From assembly GCA_030527165.1 (NCBI GenBank), contig JAUNBH010000004.1, positions 11,241-56,235 on the forward strand: DNA of 44,995 nt, given 5' to 3'. Position 1 is the stretch's first letter, and every line of letters begins with the position of its first letter. Source of the stretch: Clostridia bacterium (GTDB lineage Bacteria > Bacillota > Clostridia > Christensenellales > CAG-138). Shown one piece after another: positions 9,554 through 18,214 of this stretch. A model generated the notes under the pieces. It worked only from the letters and a program-made list of their open reading frames with translations, was not told the origin of the DNA and did no database searches. The position numbers were made by a program, and so were the translations under genes.

Positions 9554-10477
9554 ATGAAAAGAGGCATTCTCATTACGGGCGGCGGCGGGCTGCTCGGCGG
9601 ACTGATTGCCGACAGGCTGTATTCTCGTGCGGACGAGTTTGCGCTCGTTTTCGTAACTTCGAAGGTGGACAAGCTTGCAGCGCGCTATCCAAACGCGTGT
9701 GTGTTCAGTAACGCTGCGTTTGCGACTTCCGATGCTGCATTTGAGGGAGTTGACACAGTTATCCACGCGGGCTTCTCGCGCTTGGATGACGCGGCCGCAC
9801 TCATGAGCAGCATAGAGTTTACGAGCGACTTGATGCAGCGCGCGATAGCGTTGGGTATTTATGACCTGATCAACATCTCCTCGCGCAGCGTATACGGCCA
9901 AACACCCCTGCCGTGGACGGAGCAAAGTCCTGTAAGGCCCCATAGCCCCTATGCCGTGGCGAAGCTTACGACTGAGCTCTTGGCTTCAATTCTCAACACA
10001 TCGTACGGAGTCAACGGTGGGATCACAAGCATACGACTGGCTGGATTGATACATGAGACGCTGGAGGCGAGGGTGCTGAACAAGTTCGTCAAGGCCGCAT
10101 TGGAGCAGCATGAGCTATCAGTTACGGGCGGACGGCAGCAATTCGCATTCCTGCACGCTGATGATGCCGCAGACGCGATTGTCGCGCTGCTCGACGTGCC
10201 GCTGAGCGAGAGAAAGCCGCTCTACAATCTCGCTTCAGAGCGCCGTTATACAATACTCGAGCTTGCGAATGAGGTGGCTCGCATAGGAGAAGATCGGCAC
10301 GGGGAGAGGATAACCGTGAATTTCACGCCTTCGGATGCCGCGCTCATAGACGGCATGGACGGCGCACTGTTCTATTCGGACGTGGGCTGGCGGCCGCGGA
10401 TAACCATTGACGACATGGTGACGCGCCTGTACATCCATGCGGAGCGCACGATAAGGCGCGAGTGCGCAAATTGTTAG
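9554..10477 (+). CDS. NAD-dependent epimerase/dehydratase (extended SDR)
   Basis: ILITGGGGLLG, ISSRSVYG, YAVAK (YxxxK), FLHADDAA. Confidence 0.88.
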   Translation: MKRGILITGGGGLLGGLIADRLYSRADEFALVFVTSKVDKLAARYPNACVFSNAAFATSDAAFEGVDTVIHAGFSRLDDAAALMSSIEFTSDLMQRAIALGIYDLINISSRSVYGQTPLPWTEQSPVRPHSPYAVAKLTTELLASILNTSYGVNGGITSIRLAGLIHETLEARVLNKFVKAALEQHELSVTGGRQQFAFLHADDAADAIVALLDVPLSERKPLYNLASERRYTILELANEVARIGEDRHGERITVNFTPSDAALIDGMDGALFYSDVGWRPRITIDDMVTRLYIHAERTIRRECANC

Positions 10478-10531
10478 AACCGCCGAATTCTGATATAGTG
10501 GAGAGAAGCAATGCACGCTGGGGGAAAGCAG

Positions 10532-11632
10532 ATGAGAGAAGAACCTATACTGGTCGTAAGGCCGTCGCTGCCGCCTTTGGAGGAGTATATAGAGGAACTG
10601 CGGCCGATTTGGGATTCACGTTGGCTGACCAACGCCGGGCCAAAGAGCAAGCAGCTTGCTGAGCAGTTGAAGTCGCACCTGAAGGTAGACAACGTTGAGC
10701 TGTTCGCGAACGGGCACCTGGCGCTCGAACTCGCTATCAGCGCGCTGGGGTTAAAAGGTGAAGTCATAACCACGCCATATACGTTCGCATCCACGACACA
10801 CGCCATAGTGCGCAGCGGGCTCACACCGGTCTTCTGCGATATTAAGGAGGACGATTACACAATAGACGTCAGCAAGATAGAGTCGCTCATAACGGCGCGT
10901 ACGTCCGCGATAATACCCGTGCACGTCTATGGGAACGTGTGCGACGTAGCCGGAATAGACGCTATTGCTCGCAAGCACGGGCTCAAAGTGCTCTATGATG
11001 CCGCGCACGTATTTGGTGTCGAGGTTGGAGGCAAGGGCGTAGGGAGCTTTGGGGATATGTCAATGTTCAGCTTTCACGCCACAAAGGTGTTCAACACGGT
11101 CGAGGGCGGCGCGGTGACATTTGGCGACCCCGCGTATGCCGCTAAATTCGAGTCGCTAAGGCAGTTTGGAATGGACGGTCAGGAGCGAGTGCCGCTCATA
11201 GGCACAAATGCGAAGCTGACTGAAGTTCACGCCGCGATGGGCATATGCAATCTTCGCCACACGGACGAGCAGATAGCCGGCAGGAGGCGCGCCGTACTGC
11301 GTTACAGGGAGCGGCTTGACGGCGTGCGGGGAATAAAGCTCTGCAAACCGGCTGTGGGCGTAAAGGAGAACTACGCATACTTTCCGGTAGTGTTTGACGG
11401 GTACAAACTGGACAGGGACGAGGTGCTCGCAAAGCTCAACGAACGCGGAATCTATGCGCGTAAGTATTTCTACCCGATAACGAGCAGCTTCGAGTGCTAT
11501 CATGGCATGTTTGAGATACAGGAAACGCCCGTAGCGCTGCGCGTATCAAAGCGCGTGTTAGCGCTGCCGCTCTACCACGACCTTGCGATAGAAGCCGTAG
11601 ACGAGGTGTGTGATACAATACTCGGCGCATAG
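10532..11632 (+). CDS. vioA: DegT/DnrJ/EryC1/StrS aminotransferase, VioA-like (dTDP-4-amino-4,6-dideoxyglucose transaminase)
   Basis: WLTNAGP, TTPYTFAST, PVHVYGN, YDAAH, SFHATKVFNTVEGG, NAKL, RKYFYP. Alternative start at 10511. Confidence 0.8.
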   Translation: MREEPILVVRPSLPPLEEYIEELRPIWDSRWLTNAGPKSKQLAEQLKSHLKVDNVELFANGHLALELAISALGLKGEVITTPYTFASTTHAIVRSGLTPVFCDIKEDDYTIDVSKIESLITARTSAIIPVHVYGNVCDVAGIDAIARKHGLKVLYDAAHVFGVEVGGKGVGSFGDMSMFSFHATKVFNTVEGGAVTFGDPAYAAKFESLRQFGMDGQERVPLIGTNAKLTEVHAAMGICNLRHTDEQIAGRRRAVLRYRERLDGVRGIKLCKPAVGVKENYAYFPVVFDGYKLDRDEVLAKLNERGIYARKYFYPITSSFECYHGMFEIQETPVALRVSKRVLALPLYHDLAIEAVDEVCDTILGA

Positions 11633-11653
11633 CGCAATCACAGGAGGTTAACG

Positions 11654-12544
11654 ATGAAGGGAATAATTCTCGCCGGAGGCAAGGGGACGCGCCTTTATCC
11701 GATGACAAAGGCCATATCTAAGCAGCTTATACCGATTTACGACAAGCCGCTCGTATACTACCCGCTCTCGGTATTGCTGATAGCCGGCATAAGGGACATA
11801 CTCATCATATCCACGCCCGAAGACACGCCGGTTTTTGGCAGGCTGTTGGGCGACGGGCGCGATATAGGCGTAAACATATCGTACAAGGTGCAGGACAAGC
11901 CGCGGGGACTCGCGGACGCATTTATACTCGGCGAGGAATTCATAGGGGACGACGATGTGTGTCTCGTTCTGGGCGACAACGTCTTCTACGGACAAACGCT
12001 GTCCACCACCTTGAACAGGGCAAAGTCACGGTCAAAGGGCGCGACGATATTCGGATATCCAGTTAAAGACCCGCGTCAGTTTGGGGTGGTAGAGTTCGAT
12101 GCTGCCATGAAAGCGATTTCGATTGAGGAAAAGCCGCAGAATCCCAAGTCAAACTACGCAGTTCCGGGGCTCTACTTCTACGACAACCGGGTAATTGAGA
12201 TAGCAAAGGCGGTCGAACCGTCGGCGCGAGGCGAGATTGAGATAACCGCCGTCAATAACGTCTATCTGCAGGCGGGAGAATTGCATGTGGAGATACTCGG
12301 CAGAGGCATGGCGTGGCTGGATACCGGCTCGCCGGAGGGCATACTCAAGGCGTCGGAGTATGTGGAAACCGTGCAGTCGCGACAGGGTTTTTACATATCG
12401 TGCATTGAGGAGATAGCGTGGCGGCGCGGGTTTATTACGCGCGAACAGCTGCGCGAGCTCGGCGAGCGCCTGCGCATGACGGACTATGGTCAGTACTTGA
12501 TTTCCCTGGCGGAAGACGTCAACGACAAAACGATGTATTCGTGA
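11654..12544 (+). CDS. rfbA: Glucose-1-phosphate thymidylyltransferase
   Basis: [45 protein letters not shown]. Confidence 0.97.
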   Translation: MKGIILAGGKGTRLYPMTKAISKQLIPIYDKPLVYYPLSVLLIAGIRDILIISTPEDTPVFGRLLGDGRDIGVNISYKVQDKPRGLADAFILGEEFIGDDDVCLVLGDNVFYGQTLSTTLNRAKSRSKGATIFGYPVKDPRQFGVVEFDAAMKAISIEEKPQNPKSNYAVPGLYFYDNRVIEIAKAVEPSARGEIEITAVNNVYLQAGELHVEILGRGMAWLDTGSPEGILKASEYVETVQSRQGFYISCIEEIAWRRGFITREQLRELGERLRMTDYGQYLISLAEDVNDKTMYS

Positions 12545-12553
12545 GGAGTGGCT

Positions 12554-13603
12554 ATGAAGACTTTGCTTGTGACCGGCGGCGCCGGGTTTATAGGAAGCAA
12601 CTTTGTGCGGAGAATGCTCGCTGAGCATCCGGAGTGCGAGATTGTCAACGTAGATGCGCTGACATACGCGGGCAATCTTGAGAACCTTTTGGATGTGGAC
12701 AGTGCCCGCTATCACTTTGAGCGCGCCGACATACGCGACAGGGAGCGCGTGGAGGCGATATTTGACAAATACGAGCCGGACACCGTGGTTAACTTCGCCG
12801 CAGAGAGTCATGTCGACAGGAGCATCACGGAGCCGGAACTGTTTCTTACCACCAACATACTGGGTACGCAGGTGCTGCTGGACGCTGCAAAGCGCCGTTG
12901 GAAGCTCTATCCGGACGACAAGTACAGCCGCGAGTTCAAGGCGGGCGTGCGTTATTTGCAGGTGTCTACGGACGAGGTGTACGGCGCCTTGGGCAAGACG
13001 GGGTTGTTCACCGAGAGCACGCCGCTCGCACCAAACAGCCCGTATTCGGCGTCAAAGGCGAGCGCCGACATGATGGTGCGGGCATATCATTCGACGTACG
13101 GGATGCCCGTAAACATCACCCGCTGCTCGAACAATTACGGGCCATACCAGTTCCCCGAGAAGCTGATTCCGCTAATGATAAACAACTGTCTCAACGACAA
13201 GCCGCTACCCGTGTACGGAGACGGGATGCAGATACGCGATTGGCTGCACGTCGCAGACCACTGCGCTGCGATAGACGCAGTGCTCACGCGCGGTGAGGCA
13301 GGGGAGGTCTACAACATAGGCGGCAACAACGAGATGGCGAACATCGACATAGTCAAGCTCATACTGAGGGCGCTCGGCAAGTCGGAGGATTTGATAGTCT
13401 ATGTGCAGGACAGACCTGGGCATGACAGGAGATATGCCATAGACAACACGAAGATAACTTCACTGCTCGGATGGAGCCCCGCCTACACATTCGAGGGCGG
13501 CATGAAGGAGACAATAGCCTGGTATCTCGACAACAGGGCCTGGATGGAACACATAGTGTCGGGGGCATATATGGAATACTGCCGCTCCATGTACTCGCTG
13601 TGA
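12554..13603 (+). CDS. rfbB: dTDP-glucose 4,6-dehydratase
   Basis: VTGGAGFIGSNF, LTYAGN, FAAESHVDRSI, STDEVYG, YSASKAS, RCSNNYGP, DRPGHDRRY. Confidence 0.97.
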   Translation: MKTLLVTGGAGFIGSNFVRRMLAEHPECEIVNVDALTYAGNLENLLDVDSARYHFERADIRDRERVEAIFDKYEPDTVVNFAAESHVDRSITEPELFLTTNILGTQVLLDAAKRRWKLYPDDKYSREFKAGVRYLQVSTDEVYGALGKTGLFTESTPLAPNSPYSASKASADMMVRAYHSTYGMPVNITRCSNNYGPYQFPEKLIPLMINNCLNDKPLPVYGDGMQIRDWLHVADHCAAIDAVLTRGEAGEVYNIGGNNEMANIDIVKLILRALGKSEDLIVYVQDRPGHDRRYAIDNTKITSLLGWSPAYTFEGGMKETIAWYLDNRAWMEHIVSGAYMEYCRSMYSL

Positions 13604-13607
13604 CGCA

Positions 13608-13630
13608 GGCGGCGCGAGAGCGCCGCTTTT
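13608..13630 (+). terminator. Intrinsic terminator ending the glycopolymer operon
   Basis: GGCGGCGC-gaga-GCGCCGC followed by TTTT. Confidence 0.75.
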
Positions 13631-13669
13631 CCATTGACATCAAGCGCTCCAAAGGCCTGCATGTCGCGC

Positions 13670-14185
13670 CTACAAGCGAATCTCGTACCCGTGCTCGCGA
13701 ATCGGCAAGCTGTATTCGTCTACCATCAGGTCATATACGCCGCACGCGCGTCTGAACCCGCATTGCTCATACAGTCTGACAGCGGGCGCATTCATTTCTG
13801 CCACAAATAGGCGCAGGTACTCCGCACCCATGTCCCGGGCAAGCGCCATAGCGCTGCGCAGCATGGTCTTACCTATTCCCTTGCGGAGGTAATCTACATT
13901 GACCCCAAATCGCACGAGGTAAAACGACCTTGCATCGGGCGCTTCCCAGCCAATGCTCTCACAGTCGGGCTCCGTATCGAACGGGCACAGCACGAATGCC
14001 GACGCTATCGTCGCGCCGTCAGTGAGCACATACATGTCGCCGCGCTCTATGTCCTCAGCGAAAAAGGGGCAAGGGTAGTACTCGTCCCACATGCTTATCC
14101 CGCTTGCGCTCATGTACTCGATGAGTTTCCCGAATACCGCCTCAAGCTGCGGCAGGTCGTCTGCAACCGCCAACCTAAACTCCAT
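13670..14185 (-). CDS. GNAT family N-acetyltransferase
   Basis: MEFRLA..DDL, FGVNVDYLRKGIGK (acetyl-CoA loop), NAPAVRLYEQCGF; GGGAG RBS before ATG 14185. Confidence 0.9.
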   Translation of the reverse strand: MEFRLAVADDLPQLEAVFGKLIEYMSASGISMWDEYYPCPFFAEDIERGDMYVLTDGATIASAFVLCPFDTEPDCESIGWEAPDARSFYLVRFGVNVDYLRKGIGKTMLRSAMALARDMGAEYLRLFVAEMNAPAVRLYEQCGFRRACGVYDLMVDEYSLPIREHGYEIRL

Positions 14186-14222
14186 ATAGCCGCTCCCGTT
14201 TCGCGCCGTAGTATTCAAAGCA

Positions 14223-14252
14223 ATCATAACACGGCATGTCATGCGGCAGCAA
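14223..14252 (-). promoter_or_regulatory. Putative sigma-A promoter of the GNAT gene
   Basis: Minus strand TTGCTG-18-TATGAT with an extended TG. Confidence 0.45.
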
Positions 14253-14343
14253 GCGCAGCATCGCCGCCGAGTCAAATCGTGGTTCACGCCTTACACCACG
14301 GTGCGGTATCCCTTACGGCGAAAGCGGTGGGCGAAAGCGCACG

Positions 14344-14382
14344 CAAACAAACTCCACCCATTCATGCAGAGGGGGGGTGGAG
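14344..14382 (-). terminator. Probable dnaX terminator
   Basis: CTCCACCC...GGGTGGAG stem followed on the minus strand by TTTGTTTG. Confidence 0.6.
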
Positions 14383-14411
14383 GTGCCGGCCGTATACCTG
14401 TTATCAGTTTG

Positions 14412-15986
14412 CTAATCGTTCTTTACAGTCAACAGCCCTGCGCAGAACTCCTCTAACTTGGTGAAGTCGTCCGCCTGAGAGGTGTGTACAGCTACGACGT
14501 TCATTTCGGGGTCGAGGCGGCATATGTACTCATTTAACTTGAGACGGTTCTTTTGTGCGTTAAGAAAGCTAACCTGTCCCGGGTCGTCGAAGCACATCAC
14601 GAGGGAGCGGCTGCAGACAAAAGCCTTAGTTCGGCTGCTGACGACAGCCCAAAGCGCTGGTTCGCGCTCCTTGAGCAGCTCGAGAAAGCCTTCTATCAGT
14701 TGTGATTGTGCGGCGGTGACCGTCACCGCGCGTGCGGGCGGCGTAGAGGAGGCCGCTTTGGAGGGAGCCGTTGGCGGGTTATCAACGATGGACGGCGCTC
14801 TATCACAGTGCTGTGGCGTTAGCTGCGCAAAGGCGCTTCCATCGGCTATCTTCCCCTCGAGCTCGCTTATCCTGTCGATCAGGGCAGTAATGTCGGCTTC
14901 TTCCTGCGGATGGCATATGCGAATGACGGCGTTTTCTACGAGCACGCGCGGCAGCGTAAGCCAGCGCATATCGTTTTGCGTGCGCATGAGTATTTCGACG
15001 GCGCGCACGAGCCTCTCGTGAGATGCGGACGCCGCCTGAGCGATGTAACGATCCATGGTGTCTTCCGTACAGTCGAGCATGTTACTGCAGCGCCCGCACA
15101 CTTTCACGACGGTAAGCGCACGCAGGTGCGCTATCAAGTCGTGCACGAGCACGTTGAGATCCCGACCGAGATTGACGATGTTCTGTATGGAGCTCAGCGC
15201 GAAAGCTGCGTCAGAGCGCAGAATGGCGTCCGTAAGGGAGAACATGGCGGAGTCATCGACAGAGCCAAGTACGCTCAGCGCCATGTCGCCGGTGACGTGA
15301 TCGCCGCAGAATGATATGCACTGGTCTGCCAGGCTAAGCGCATCGCGCAACGAACCGTCGGAGGCCCGCGCTATGGCGAGGAGCCCGTCCTCATCTATGG
15401 AAAGCTCCGCTTCGTCGAGTACCGCGCGCGTCCTGCTGACGATGTCGCCGACGGAAATGCGCCTAAAATCGAGTCGCTGACAGCGCGAGAGTATGGTGGC
15501 CGGCACCTTTTGAGGCTCGGTAGTCGCCAGTATGAACATGACGTGTGCGGGCGGTTCCTCCAGCGTCTTTAGCAGCGAATTGAACGCGCTCTGCGAGAGC
15601 ATGTGCGTCTCGTCAATTATGTACACCTTCTTGTCAAGCTGTATGGGCAGGAACGCAGCTTTGTCCATAAGCGCGCGCATGTCGTCCACGCCGGTGTTGG
15701 ATGCGGCGTCCATTTCAACTATGTCGGGGTTGTCGGCAGCGCTTGCCAAGCAGGCGGCACATTCTTCACACGGGCTGCCGTCCTTGGGGGAGTGGCAGTT
15801 GACGGCGCGCGCCAAAATCTTTGCGGTAGTTGTCTTGCCCGTACCCCTTGTGCCGGAGAACAGATATGCGTGGGCAACATGCCCGGAGGCAATCTGATTT
15901 CGCAGCATGGTAGTAATGTGCTCCTGCCCTACGACGTCTGAGAAGGAACGCGGTCTGTATTTCCTGTATAGCGCCTGATAAGCCAT
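14412..15986 (-). CDS. dnaX: DNA polymerase III subunit gamma/tau
   Basis: MAYQALYRKYRP, HAYLFSGTRGTGKTT, zinc-module Cys residues, DAASN, IIDE, LLKTLEEPP, SRCQ. Confidence 0.97.
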   Translation of the reverse strand: MAYQALYRKYRPRSFSDVVGQEHITTMLRNQIASGHVAHAYLFSGTRGTGKTTTAKILARAVNCHSPKDGSPCEECAACLASAADNPDIVEMDAASNTGVDDMRALMDKAAFLPIQLDKKVYIIDETHMLSQSAFNSLLKTLEEPPAHVMFILATTEPQKVPATILSRCQRLDFRRISVGDIVSRTRAVLDEAELSIDEDGLLAIARASDGSLRDALSLADQCISFCGDHVTGDMALSVLGSVDDSAMFSLTDAILRSDAAFALSSIQNIVNLGRDLNVLVHDLIAHLRALTVVKVCGRCSNMLDCTEDTMDRYIAQAASASHERLVRAVEILMRTQNDMRWLTLPRVLVENAVIRICHPQEEADITALIDRISELEGKIADGSAFAQLTPQHCDRAPSIVDNPPTAPSKAASSTPPARAVTVTAAQSQLIEGFLELLKEREPALWAVVSSRTKAFVCSRSLVMCFDDPGQVSFLNAQKNRLKLNEYICRLDPEMNVVAVHTSQADDFTKLEEFCAGLLTVKND

Positions 15987-16010
15987 CGCACACCCCCTGT
16001 GGTTTGTTTC

Positions 16011-16039
16011 ATTTTAGCATTGGACGGGCATATTTGCAA
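16011..16039 (-). promoter_or_regulatory. sigma-A promoter of dnaX
   Basis: Minus strand TTGCAA-17-TAAAAT with an extended TG. Confidence 0.65.
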
Positions 16040-16048
16040 GCGCGCTAC

Positions 16049-16077
16049 TTGCGTGAGCGGTAACAGTCTGCTACAAT
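16049..16077 (+). promoter_or_regulatory. sigma-A promoter of the MoxR operon (back-to-back with the dnaX promoter)
   Basis: TTGCGT-17-TACAAT with an extended TG. Confidence 0.6.
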
Positions 16078-16108
16078 ATGCCTAAAAATGTTGATGCGTG
16101 AGGTTGCA

Positions 16109-17053
16109 ATGAATATACAGGCGTTTGTAGAATATCGGAATAAAGTTGTTGGCAACTGTTCTAAAGTTATACTTGGCAAAGACGATGTGATAGAGCTCGT
16201 GCTGGCTTGTTTTATCTGCTCGGGGCATGTGCTCTTGGAGGACCTTCCGGGCACGGGCAAGACCATGCTTCTGAGGGCGTTTGCCAAGACGATAGGCGCG
16301 GATTTCAGCCGCATACAGTTTACGCCGGACCTGTTGCCCGCGGATTTGACCGGGATTAACTACTACAACCGCATGACCGGAGAATTCGAGTTCAAGCGTG
16401 GCCCGCTGTTCTCAAACATCGTGCTGGCGGATGAGATAAACAGGGCGACTCCCAGAACGCAATCGAGCCTGCTCGAGGTGATGGAGGAGCGGCAAATAAC
16501 GGTTGACGGAGTGACTACTCGCCTTGGCGAGCCCTTTATGGTCATGGCGACGCAGAATCCCATAGAGTCCTACGGAACGTTCCCGCTGCCCGAGGCGCAG
16601 GTAGACAGGTTCTTTATGCGCCTATCCATGGGTTACATGAAGCGCGAACAGGAAACGGAGCTGTTGGGCAGACCCGGCGCAGTCTCCATAATTGAGAGCC
16701 TGGAACCGGTCGTTACCAGAGAGGAGACCGAGTATGTGCGCAAGGAGTATTCCGGCGTTAATGTGTGTGACGATGTCAAGGAGTACATCATGGATATAAT
16801 CACTGCGACGCGCAACGAGTCCAAGCTGCTGGCGGGCGTTTCAACCCGCGGAACACTCGCGCTGTACAAGGCGGCCCAGGCTGTCGCGGTAATGAACGGA
16901 CGGGATTTCGTCACTCCCGAGGATGTAAAGCGCGTGGCGCCTCACGTCATCGGGCACCGCTTGTCGTCGTCCATCTCACTTAACGCAGCGGAAGCGTCCG
17001 ACAAGGTGGCGGAACTGCTCGGCGGCATACCCGTACCCGTCGAAAAGCTATAA
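16109..17053 (+). CDS. MoxR-family AAA+ ATPase
   Basis: GHVLLEDLPGTGKT, RIQFTPDLLPAD, LADEINRATPRTQS, ATQNPIE, PLPEAQVDRF; GAGG RBS before ATG 16109. Confidence 0.95.
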   Translation: MNIQAFVEYRNKVVGNCSKVILGKDDVIELVLACFICSGHVLLEDLPGTGKTMLLRAFAKTIGADFSRIQFTPDLLPADLTGINYYNRMTGEFEFKRGPLFSNIVLADEINRATPRTQSSLLEVMEERQITVDGVTTRLGEPFMVMATQNPIESYGTFPLPEAQVDRFFMRLSMGYMKREQETELLGRPGAVSIIESLEPVVTREETEYVRKEYSGVNVCDDVKEYIMDIITATRNESKLLAGVSTRGTLALYKAAQAVAVMNGRDFVTPEDVKRVAPHVIGHRLSSSISLNAAEASDKVAELLGGIPVPVEKL

Positions 17054-18213
17054 TGCTGACGTTCATTATCGTACTGTGCGTTGTAGGCGGAGTGGTCGAG
17101 GTGTTGTCATACCTGTTGGCAATGCGCGGCATCTCATACAGCTCAAAGCCGTCTGCATCGCCAATAGAACCCGGTGAAGAAGTGAGCATTGTGTCCACTG
17201 TCACTAACGACTCTATTCTGCCAAAGACATTCGTCAGGGTGAGTGAAGTCGTGCCGAATGCTGCCGTCATAATGGCGGACGACTCTGAGGGGGCAGAGGA
17301 CTCGCGTCTGGCGGCGTATATACATGTCAGGTCTTCAAACGGTAGCATGGTGAAACTGAGGGTGCAAACCACGGGTGTAAACGCGCGCATATCCAGCACT
17401 CTGTACATGCTGCCCAAACAGCGCATAACCAAGCGCTTGCCAGTGACGTTTAGAAGACGTGGGCGCTACTACTTGAATGGAGCGTACATTTCCTGCGGGG
17501 ACATGCTGGGCTTCTTTACCAAAACAGAGCACTTCCCGTTAAAGAAGGAGATCGTGGTAATGCCGAAGCGCTGCGGCGACTCGGCGCTCGCGCGGCTGCT
17601 GGGCGGTTTTCTGGGCGACGTATCCGTACGCCGCTTCATATTTGAGGATCCTGTGCTTACCATTGGCATACGCGAGTACACGGGGAGCGAACCCATGAAG
17701 TCCATAGCGTGGAAGCAGAGCGCTCGTACGGACGAGATTTACGTCAAGAAATACGACTACACCTTGGAACCGACCGTGACTGTAATACTCAACGTAGAGC
17801 ACTCATCCGACTGGGGTGAAAAGGAATTGGAGCGCAACATGGAGCACACGTTCAGCGTTGCGCGGACTGTCTGCGAGCAGATAAACGCCAGTGGTGTCAA
17901 GTTCAGCTTTATGACGAATGCCGTTGCGGCGGGCGCGGAGCGAATATGGCCCCAGGCGCAGGACGGACTGGGTTCACACCACCTGATGGCTATATTTGAA
18001 GGGCTCGGCCGGTCAACGTACTATCCCATAACCTCGTTCTCAAAGACGCTGGCGGCAGCTGCAAAGCGAGTGGAGCATGGGCGCTCGCACATAGTGATTA
18101 CACCGGAGATGACGCCGGCTTGGAGGCGCGGCGTGCGCAGGCTTGAGCATTTGAGCGGCGCAGAGGTTGTCGTCGTAGATACGGTTTCATTGTTGGAGGA
18201 GGCGCAGGCGTAG
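17053..18213 (+). CDS. DUF58 domain membrane-anchored protein
   Basis: N-terminal TM; RRGRY, GIREYTGSEPMKSIAWKQSART; directly follows MoxR. Confidence 0.85.
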   Translation: MLTFIIVLCVVGGVVEVLSYLLAMRGISYSSKPSASPIEPGEEVSIVSTVTNDSILPKTFVRVSEVVPNAAVIMADDSEGAEDSRLAAYIHVRSSNGSMVKLRVQTTGVNARISSTLYMLPKQRITKRLPVTFRRRGRYYLNGAYISCGDMLGFFTKTEHFPLKKEIVVMPKRCGDSALARLLGGFLGDVSVRRFIFEDPVLTIGIREYTGSEPMKSIAWKQSARTDEIYVKKYDYTLEPTVTVILNVEHSSDWGEKELERNMEHTFSVARTVCEQINASGVKFSFMTNAVAAGAERIWPQAQDGLGSHHLMAIFEGLGRSTYYPITSFSKTLAAAAKRVEHGRSHIVITPEMTPAWRRGVRRLEHLSGAEVVVVDTVSLLEEAQA

Positions 18214-18214
18214 T

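Noticed and set aside
13670-14185. GNAT as the WecD-like sugar N-acetyltransferase of the glycopolymer locus
   Set aside because: It is convergent, lies beyond the operon terminator, has its own promoter and looks like a generic GNAT. Not excluded, but unsupported.
14186-16108. SRP RNA next to dnaX
   Set aside because: No SRP domain IV motif (CAGG...GGAA...AGCAG) in either flanking intergenic region.
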